Assembly: GCA_902796065.1 (NCBI GenBank)
Contig: CADBNS010000059.1
Coordinates: forward strand, 1-40,982
Length of the DNA stretch: 40,982 nt
Direction: 5' to 3'
From: Ruminococcus flavefaciens
Lineage (GTDB): Bacteria; Bacillota; Clostridia; Oscillospirales; Ruminococcaceae
Of the stretch, positions 1-7,128 are shown piece after piece (the first letter of the stretch is position 1; every line of letters starts with the position of its first letter). The notes beneath the pieces are model-generated. The model was not told the origin of the DNA. It saw nothing but the letters and a program-made list of their open reading frames with translations, and did not search any database. A program made the translations under genes and the position numbers.

Positions 1-744
1 ATGGCTCTCTATCGCTACGGCTACAACGCAGGCGAAGGTATCTACACCGATATGAACGCCATTCGCCGCGATGACGATACCGATAACATACACTCCATCT
101 TCGTTGACCAGTGGGACTGGGAAAAGGTAATTACCCGCGAACAGCGCAATATCCAGTTTCTCAAGGATACCGTAAGGAGCGTGGTAAAGGCAGTTGCATT
201 CACAAAGCGCAAGGTAGGTCTTCGCTACCCTCAGCTGGCAGGGGAGATATGCGATGAGCCGTATTTCATAACTACTCAGGAGCTTGAAGATATGTACCCC
301 GATAAGACCGGCCATGAGCGTGAGCGCCTTATCACTAAGGAGCATAAGACCGTGTTCCTCATGGGTATCGGCGGCAAGCTGGCAAGCGGCGAGAAGCACG
401 ACGGCAGAGCTCCGGACTACGATGACTGGTCACTGAACGGCGATATTCTCATCTGGAACGAAGTGCTCCAGGATTCCTTTGAGATCTCCTCAATGGGTAT
501 ACGTGTTGATGCGGATTCACTCAAAGCTCAGCTGGCTGAGTGCGGTGCAGAGGACAGAATGCAGTACGACTATCACAAGATGATCGCTGACGGTACACTT
601 CCGCTGACTATCGGCGGCGGTATCGGTCAGTCCAGACTGTGTATGCTTCTGCTGGAGAAGGCACATATAGGTGAGGTTCAGTCATCGATATGGCCTGATG
701 ATATGGTAAAGAAGTGCGCAGAGAGCGGAATCACGCTGCTGTGA
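1..744 (+). CDS. asnA: Aspartate--ammonia ligase (asparagine synthetase A), 5'-truncated by the window edge
   Basis: AsnA motifs GIYTDMNAIRRD, HSIFVDQWDWEKVI, HDGRAPDYDDW and TIGGGIGQSRLCM; ORF runs in from the window start. Confidence 0.95.
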   Translation: MALYRYGYNAGEGIYTDMNAIRRDDDTDNIHSIFVDQWDWEKVITREQRNIQFLKDTVRSVVKAVAFTKRKVGLRYPQLAGEICDEPYFITTQELEDMYPDKTGHERERLITKEHKTVFLMGIGGKLASGEKHDGRAPDYDDWSLNGDILIWNEVLQDSFEISSMGIRVDADSLKAQLAECGAEDRMQYDYHKMIADGTLPLTIGGGIGQSRLCMLLLEKAHIGEVQSSIWPDDMVKKCAESGITLL

Positions 745-750
745 GATAAT

Positions 751-788
751 AAAAACAGGGGCACTCCATATGGAGTGCCCTTTTTATT
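751..788 (+). terminator. Intrinsic terminator after asnA
   Basis: GGGCACTCC-ATAT-GGAGTGCCC stem followed by TTTTT, with an A-run before it. Confidence 0.85.
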
Positions 789-793
789 AAGTG

Positions 794-1260
794 TAAGAAC
801 CTGTCCACATAGGGGAGGACAAACTTTGCGGCAACGGGACACCGAAGGCTTCCCCTACGAAAAATGTGGCTGCAAACAAAAACTAACGACAACCGAACAA
901 TAACCCAGCAGACCCGTAAGGGTTCTGCGAAGAATGAAATAAAAGCTGACAAGTTAGCGTCAGAGGGCGAGGAAAGGGGAGTGCAGAGGGGGAAACTACG
1001 GGATAGGGGAAGAACGTCAGCTTTTGTACCGGTTTTGTTTTCTTCCCCTACCGTCCCGGAGTTGCCCCTCTGCCATTCACGTAAAGAATAACAATTCCAT
1101 ATCAAGCACTGTAAAGGTAAACAAGCCGGATGTAACAGTTTAATATGTAACGACTTACTTTGTACGTCGCCTGATTTAGGGGACGCCCTTCCTTACAGGG
1201 CTTCCTCTTTCCGAAAAAAGTCCACCGGACTGTTTTCAGACCCACCCCTTGCGGTTTTGG
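794..1260. repeat. Intergenic cluster of palindromic REP/MITE-like elements
   Basis: 794-814 is identical to 9028-9048 (TAAGAACCTGTCCACATAGGG). Hairpins lie at 908-928, 983-1073 (about 90 nt) and 1213-1237 (GAAAAAAGTCC-ACC-GGACTGTTTTC). No credible CDS. Confidence 0.6.
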
Positions 1261-1271
1261 GTTTCATGATT

Positions 1272-1301
1272 TAAAAAGGCGCCCCGTGTGGAGCGCCTAT
1301 T
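1272..1301 (-). terminator. Intrinsic terminator of the MATE-nudC-hydrolase operon
   Basis: AAAAAGGCGC...GCGCCT inverted repeat, giving a U-tract on the minus strand just after the stop at 1303. Confidence 0.6.
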
Positions 1302-1302
1302 C

Positions 1303-2172
1303 TCATATATTCGCTATGAATTCCTCCGCTATGCGCTGGAGCTTCTCCGGTTCGCTGCGGACATCTGCCATATACGTAACGACTGTGCCCTTCTCCGGAC
1401 ACACTATACTTCGCTGTCCCCATTTGCCGCTGATGCTGTATGTATTGCCGTTTTGCCAGAAATAATAGCCGTATCCGCCCTTATCTCCTGCATCTGCGTG
1501 AGAGCCTGATGCTCTGCGTATCCACTCCGCCGGCACAAGCTGCCTGCCCTCATAGCTTCCCTCATTCAGACAGAGTACTCCCAGCTGTGCAAGCTCATGG
1601 ACTGTCAGGTACATTCCCGATGCGCCGTAGAAGCGTCCCTGAGCGTCCTTCCGGAACTCCGGAGCCTCAATGCCCATGGGTTCAAAAAGGCGCTGTGTGA
1701 GGTACTGGTCAAGGGGCATACCTACCGCATTTTCGCAGGCGATACCGGCAAGATATGCCTGCACGTTGGTGTAGTGGAACTGCGGCTGTGCGGAGTAGTC
1801 CACATCTGCACCCAGCACGTTGCTGAGCCAGTCCTCACCCTCCGGACGGAAGCTGTAGCCACTGACTGTCATGGTCAGGAAGCGCTCCACAGGGAGCCTG
1901 CTGAACGCCTCACGCTTATCCTCCGGCATTGCGGAGAGGTAAGCTGTATCTAAGTAGTCCGCAAGTGGACGGCTGATGTCTATTTTTCCCTCTGCCTCCG
2001 CAATACCGATAGCCAGTGAGGTCACGGATTTTGTTGCAGAGTAGGCAGGATAGCGCACATCGTGTCCGGTCATCTCACGCAGGGATACACCGCCGCCGCG
2101 ATAGACCTCTATTCCATGTATTTTCAGCTTTGATGCCCTCAGTGATTCAAGGAGCTGTCTGTATTGATTCAT
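1303..2172 (-). CDS. Serine hydrolase, beta-lactamase/AmpC-like family (cytoplasmic)
   Basis: SxxK (YSATKS), YxN (FHYTN), LLTM-like FLTMTV, GYGYYFW and SGKWGQ motifs; no signal peptide. Confidence 0.85.
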   Translation of the reverse strand: MNQYRQLLESLRASKLKIHGIEVYRGGGVSLREMTGHDVRYPAYSATKSVTSLAIGIAEAEGKIDISRPLADYLDTAYLSAMPEDKREAFSRLPVERFLTMTVSGYSFRPEGEDWLSNVLGADVDYSAQPQFHYTNVQAYLAGIACENAVGMPLDQYLTQRLFEPMGIEAPEFRKDAQGRFYGASGMYLTVHELAQLGVLCLNEGSYEGRQLVPAEWIRRASGSHADAGDKGGYGYYFWQNGNTYSISGKWGQRSIVCPEKGTVVTYMADVRSEPEKLQRIAEEFIANI

Positions 2173-2182
2173 ATTTTTTACC

Positions 2183-3013
2183 TCATATCTCTGAATTCCT
2201 GAACTTCATCATCATTTCATTGGTCAGGCTGTAGTCGTCCGGCTGACCCTGTATCTCCTCACGGGTCTGCCATGATGCGCTGCTCAGCTCAGATTCGTCG
2301 ATGTTCAGGGAAGTATCACCGTCCACATCGCAGAAGAATCCGGCAAGTATGGTTCCGGAGTATCCCCACGGCTGGGACTTATAATAGCGGATATTCTTAA
2401 CACTCAGTCCAACCTCTTCGCGGACCTCACGCTCTACGGTCTGCTCGAAAGTCTCACCGATCTCCGTGAAGCCGGCTACCAGTGCATCGTAGGTAACGCC
2501 GCGGTTCTTGGCATAGTGGGTGATGAGTAGCTTGTCACCGTTTGTCACGCCCACGATAACAGCCGGATTGATGCGCGGATAGATGACGCGGCAGCAGCTT
2601 CTGCACATCAGTGCACGTTCGTTATAGTCCGGTACAGTAGGTGAGCCGCAGTAGCCGCAGATACGGTTGTTGGTGTACCAGCCCCACAGGTGGTAGGCGG
2701 TGAAAAGTGCCAGTATCACAGACTTCTGAGCACCCTCTGCGCGGCGCAGCTTCTTCACATCGGAGTAGGCATAGCCGCCGGGTGGTATGACCTCATCGTC
2801 CAGAGCCAGAAAATAGCGGTTTCCGGCAACTGCAAAGAGGTAAACGCACTTGTCCGGCGGACAGATCCGGCTGTACTCCGGAAACGGTGACGTCATGTCT
2901 TCACAGGCAAGCACCTTGCCGCCCTTGAAATGCATGATAATGTCTGACTTCTCCGGACGGAACGTGGCGGAGTAAGAATTGTCCAGTTTATCGGGCGAAA
3001 TGTCTTGGAGCAA
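2183..3013 (-). CDS. nudC: NAD(+)/NADH diphosphatase NudC (Nudix)
   Basis: Zn ribbon CGYCG...CRSC, YPRINPAVIV, Nudix box AGFTEIGETFEQTVEREVREEVGL and SQPW signature; TTG start with AGGAGG RBS. Confidence 0.92.
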   Translation of the reverse strand: MLQDISPDKLDNSYSATFRPEKSDIIMHFKGGKVLACEDMTSPFPEYSRICPPDKCVYLFAVAGNRYFLALDDEVIPPGGYAYSDVKKLRRAEGAQKSVILALFTAYHLWGWYTNNRICGYCGSPTVPDYNERALMCRSCCRVIYPRINPAVIVGVTNGDKLLITHYAKNRGVTYDALVAGFTEIGETFEQTVEREVREEVGLSVKNIRYYKSQPWGYSGTILAGFFCDVDGDTSLNIDESELSSASWQTREEIQGQPDDYSLTNEMMMKFRNSEI

Positions 3014-4403
3014 AATAATCTACCTCCTTCGGTTCATTTTCAAGCTGTTTCATTACGCGGAACTCATACAGCGCCATGAGTATAGCTACCACTGCTGAGA
3101 GCGCATCTGCTATGGGACCCGTGTAGATGATACCGTCGATCCCCATGAAACAGGGGAGTATCAGCAGGAACGGGATAAAGAACAATATCTGCCTTGTCAG
3201 TGACAGGAACACGCCCTTTATGGGCTTTCCGATGGAGGTGAAGAATGTGGAGGTTATGGGCTGGAGACAGTTTATCCATGTAAAGAACAGGAAGATACGG
3301 AAGAATCGTGCTCCGAACTCAAAGTAGTTCTCACTTCCGTTCTTGCCGAACAGTGAGAGTATAGCGCGGGGACATATCTGGAATACGGCGAATGCTACCA
3401 GTGATATGGCGGCTCCGGCAATGACTGCAAGGCGGTATGCCTGACGAACTCTGTCGTACTTCCTTGCGCCGTAGTTGAAGCTCTCAATAGGCTGAGTGCC
3501 CTGTGCAAGACCGATGACTATGGAGAACACTATCATGTTGACCTTCATGACGATGCCTGCGCAGGCAAGAGGGTCGGTGTCACCGTACTTGGAGAGTGCT
3601 CCGTAGTGCTTGAGGGAGTTGTTCAGAACGATCTGCACGATAGCGATAGCAAGCTGATTGAAGCACGATGCCATGCCTATGGATGCGATACGCTTCACTG
3701 TAGCGGACTGTAGTTTGTAGTGCTCAGATGTAATAGGTACAGTCATGAAACGTCGGCGCATATAGTGGATAACGATGATAGCTGAGACTACCTGTCCGAC
3801 AACTGTTGCGGCAGCTGCGCCCTTCATGCCCCAGTGGAATCCCATAACGAACAGAGCGTCAAGAACGGTGTTGATGATGGCACCGGTGAGGTTGCAAGCC
3901 ATTGTTATCTGCGGACTTCCGTCGGCACGGATAATGTGACCGCCGCCAGCTGTGAGAATCAGGAACGGGAAGCCTAATGCTGTGATGCTGACGTACTCCT
4001 GCGCGTAGGGAAGCACTGTTTCGTTGGAGCCGAATGCTTTCAGCAGTGGAGTGAGAAACAGCAGGGTAAGGACTGAGATGACCACACCGCTGCCGATGAG
4101 CATGGTTATGGAGTTACCGGCGAAATATCCGGCACGTCTGATGTCACCGCGGCCCATGGTGAGGTTGAAGCAGGAAGCTCCGCCGATACCGAGGAGGAGT
4201 GCTACAGCCATGCAGGCGGTGGTGAATGGAAAAGCGATGTTGGTGGCGGCATTACCGCTGACACCGACAGCGTTGCCGATGAATATCTGGTCAACGATGT
4301 TGTATAGGGCGCTGACCAGCATACCGATGATACTGGGAATTGCAAATTTAAGCATCAGTCCGGAGACCGGAGCTGAGCCAAGCATATCCTTTTTTTCTTC
4401 CAT
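2988..4403 (-). CDS. MATE family efflux transporter (MepA-like)
   Basis: FAIPSIIGMLVSALYNIVDQIFIG, NTVLDALFV..MGMKGAAAATVVGQ and FNYGARKYDRV; about 12 hydrophobic segments. Confidence 0.92.
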   Translation of the reverse strand: MEEKKDMLGSAPVSGLMLKFAIPSIIGMLVSALYNIVDQIFIGNAVGVSGNAATNIAFPFTTACMAVALLLGIGGASCFNLTMGRGDIRRAGYFAGNSITMLIGSGVVISVLTLLFLTPLLKAFGSNETVLPYAQEYVSITALGFPFLILTAGGGHIIRADGSPQITMACNLTGAIINTVLDALFVMGFHWGMKGAAAATVVGQVVSAIIVIHYMRRRFMTVPITSEHYKLQSATVKRIASIGMASCFNQLAIAIVQIVLNNSLKHYGALSKYGDTDPLACAGIVMKVNMIVFSIVIGLAQGTQPIESFNYGARKYDRVRQAYRLAVIAGAAISLVAFAVFQICPRAILSLFGKNGSENYFEFGARFFRIFLFFTWINCLQPITSTFFTSIGKPIKGVFLSLTRQILFFIPFLLILPCFMGIDGIIYTGPIADALSAVVAILMALYEFRVMKQLENEPKEVDYFAPRHFAR

Positions 4404-4443
4404 GATAGATTTACCTTCTTCGTAATTTATTCATAACTCTTCT

Positions 4444-4472
4444 ATTATACTACATAATTATGAGAAATGCAA
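4444..4472 (-). promoter_or_regulatory. Sigma-A promoter of the MATE operon
   Basis: Minus strand TTGCAT-17 bp-TATAAT; the spacer contains the palindrome CATAATTATG. Confidence 0.7.
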
Positions 4473-4732
4473 GCGGTGGGGGAGCAATATATCGCAGGGG
4501 GAGGGTATCCTTGCCGTACAAACTTTCTCTTCCGCTTCATTTTGATTTATGAATATGTGATTGAACGGTATATAAGTTTGCATATTTTGAACCCTATGTT
4601 AACACCATATCTTAACCTGTCTGCCATAGAATCCCATCGTTTTACGTTCTATTTTGTCGTTTTAAATTGCCGGATCCTATATAATTTTTAATATGCCTTA
4701 TTAAAGTGTAGAAAAATGATAGCTTAAAATTG

Positions 4733-4761
4733 TTGCAATTTCCAAAAAAGTATGATATAAT
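4733..4761 (+). promoter_or_regulatory. Extended -10 sigma-A promoter of the ligase/SGNH operon
   Basis: TTGCAA (4733-4738), 17 bp, TATAAT (4756-4761), with TG at 4753-4754. Confidence 0.75.
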
Positions 4762-4767
4762 ACTATT

Positions 4768-5221
4768 CGGGTATTAATTTTGCTTTTCTTTGGTTATGAT
4801 AAATAACGAACTATATCATCTCAACTTCGGGCATTGCCCTCTGCCGCGTTTCAGCCGTTACTATGCCGGAACTGCCGAAGGGTCACCCATTATCGACATC
4901 AATTTCCTGCTATCTATCGACATCACAGATTTTGAGACCTTGCAGGCTGCTGCCGGACACCGTGGGAAGTGTCCTTTTATACTGCCGCTTGCATTGATAT
5001 AGGGGGTTATTCGTCAGACTGTCCGCAGAGCATGAATGAGAGCTCTGCCGGCTGAATTGACAGGGTTTTAACAATATCGACCGTCACTCTGCGCCTATGC
5101 GTACAGGCATACCGCTCACACAGCCGTTTGGGGGACAGTTCTTACCTTCCTGAGCATGTATACCCGTGAAGAAGAAGGACAGATCGTCTGTCCGCAAAAT
5201 TCCACGAGAGGAAGAAGAAGA
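4768..5221 (+). promoter_or_regulatory. Long putative structured 5' leader (cis-regulatory RNA candidate)
   Basis: About 450 nt between the promoter and the ATG at 5222. Hairpins at 4955-4974, 5025-5048 and 5177-5193; 8 copies of GCCG; TATCGACATCA twice. Confidence 0.4.
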
Positions 5222-7126
5222 ATGAAAACAACATCCACACGAATCAACACAAGCACTATTGTGCGCAAATTTCCGGACTGGGCTAAGGTCGACCGTGTTA
5301 TCAACGGCGTTCCGGTCTACAACATGAATATCTTTGATAATATCATGACCTTCAATCAGGATAATCTTGACGGTGATGCTATCGACTACTTCGGAACTAA
5401 AATAAGCTATGGTGAGCTTCCGGCTCTCCGTGAAGCCTATGCAAGAGGTCTGAAGCTGGCTGGTGTCAAGGAGGGCGATGTGGTTACCCTCTGCCTGCCT
5501 GTAAGCATTGAGAACCTTATGCTCCTCTTTGCCTGCAACCTCATCAAGGCTATCAGCAATAACGTTAACTTCCTGTTCCTGAAGAACGACTTCCAGCTCT
5601 ATACCACCGACAAGAACTCTGAGATAATCGTTACTCTGGACGCATTCCTGCCTTACTTCGTTGATCACCTTGAAGGCAGCGGCATCAAGAAGGTCATCCT
5701 CATGAATATGGACGATTTCCTTCCTGAGGATAAGAAGGGAATGTTCCTTGATACATCAGAGATGCCCGAAAAGATGCAGGAAGTATTCGATATTCAGCAG
5801 ATCACTGAGTGCCTCATGAATCTGGACAAGATAAAGAACGTTGAGTTCATACGCCTTGAAGACCTGCGTATTGCAGGTGAGCAGAGCGACATCGAACTGG
5901 ATCTGGGTCCCACAGACCTTGACCGCGATATAAGCTATTTCTACACCAGCGGTACCACCAACAAGCCTAAGTGCGTTGTGTATAAAGAATATTCCATAAA
6001 TGCTTACGTTGAGATGCACGCAGGTCTGGATACCCAGAACTACGTGGGCGAACGTAACTTCCAGTGCATTCCCCTTACCCATATGACCGGTGAGAGAGTT
6101 TGCGCTATCATGCCTCTTGCAAGAGGCGGTACACTGGTGCCAAGACCTATCTATAACAAGTATACCTTTGCAAGAGACCTCTCCGAAACTAACTGCAACT
6201 GCGTTGTTGCTACTGCAAGCTTCTATCTTGCCGGCGTAAGACAGGGCGTTGTGGCTCCTGATGCTCTGGAGTGCCTGACTCGTCCTGCATCAGGCGGTGA
6301 GGCTGTTAATGTGAGCTGTGTGCGCAAGATAGACAAGTGGCTCCGTGATAACGGCTGCAAGGTGAGATACTCACTGGGCGGCGGCGCAAGCGAAGAAGGC
6401 GGCGTTACACTGGTTACTTACTTCATGGACGAAGAGACCAAGACCAATGAGACCGGTAAGCCCCTTGAGCCTTACGTTATGGTCAAGCTGGTGGACGATG
6501 AGGGCAACCTCGTTGAGGAGAACGAAGTTCTTGCTAACCTCCATGCTTCCAGTCCGGCTTCCGCTGACCGTTACCTCAATAACCCCGAAGCTACTGCTGA
6601 ACGCTGGTACGTTGATGAGGACGGTATCAAGTGGGGCGTTACAGGCGACATCGCTGTGAGACACGCTGACGGCTCCTATACTATCATGGGCAGAGGCTCC
6701 GATTCCTTCGTCGATGAGAACGGCAAGCGCGTTTACCTCTTCATGATAGAGAATACCCTTGATGAGAACGACTGCATCAATGAGTGGGAGATAAGTGCTT
6801 TCAAGAATGAGAACGGCGGCCATGACGTTGTGGGTCAGGTTATCCTTGATGATGGTGTTAAGCCTACTGCTGAGCTTGTGGAGTACCTCTGCGGCAAGTA
6901 CGACATCGATGCTGTTAAGTTCTACAAGGAATTTGAGATCGGCGAAATCACTGCAAAGAGAGACTACATCCTTCTTACTCATGACTATAACGGCTATTTC
7001 GCTCCCTGTGAGGACGGAAGCCTCATGATGATAAACTATTCCGATAACGGAAGCACTGTAAGGATCAAGACAAGAAGAGATGCTAAGATACCTGTAATTG
7101 AGAAGTACAGCAAGGAGGAAGACTGA
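5222..7126 (+). CDS. AMP-dependent synthetase/ligase (ANL superfamily, acyl/aryl-CoA ligase-like)
   Basis: P-loop FYTSGTTNKPKCV, GGEAV, degenerate GGGASEEG (YGxTE position), WGVTGDIA, IMGR and a C-terminal TAKRD lysine. Start set at ATG 5222 with GAGAGGA RBS; the ORF track extends to 5156. Confidence 0.88.
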   Translation: MKTTSTRINTSTIVRKFPDWAKVDRVINGVPVYNMNIFDNIMTFNQDNLDGDAIDYFGTKISYGELPALREAYARGLKLAGVKEGDVVTLCLPVSIENLMLLFACNLIKAISNNVNFLFLKNDFQLYTTDKNSEIIVTLDAFLPYFVDHLEGSGIKKVILMNMDDFLPEDKKGMFLDTSEMPEKMQEVFDIQQITECLMNLDKIKNVEFIRLEDLRIAGEQSDIELDLGPTDLDRDISYFYTSGTTNKPKCVVYKEYSINAYVEMHAGLDTQNYVGERNFQCIPLTHMTGERVCAIMPLARGGTLVPRPIYNKYTFARDLSETNCNCVVATASFYLAGVRQGVVAPDALECLTRPASGGEAVNVSCVRKIDKWLRDNGCKVRYSLGGGASEEGGVTLVTYFMDEETKTNETGKPLEPYVMVKLVDDEGNLVEENEVLANLHASSPASADRYLNNPEATAERWYVDEDGIKWGVTGDIAVRHADGSYTIMGRGSDSFVDENGKRVYLFMIENTLDENDCINEWEISAFKNENGGHDVVGQVILDDGVKPTAELVEYLCGKYDIDAVKFYKEFEIGEITAKRDYILLTHDYNGYFAPCEDGSLMMINYSDNGSTVRIKTRRDAKIPVIEKYSKEED

Positions 7127-7128
7127 AA

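Noticed and set aside
731-1105. Overlapping ORFs 731-1105 (-) and 864-1091 (+)
   Set aside because: No RBS and no recognisable motifs; they run through palindromic repeat DNA.
4790-5002. 70-codon ORF within the long leader (possible leader peptide)
   Set aside because: No Shine-Dalgarno before the TTG/ATG and no run of regulatory codons. It cannot be excluded without ribosome profiling, so it was not called as a CDS.
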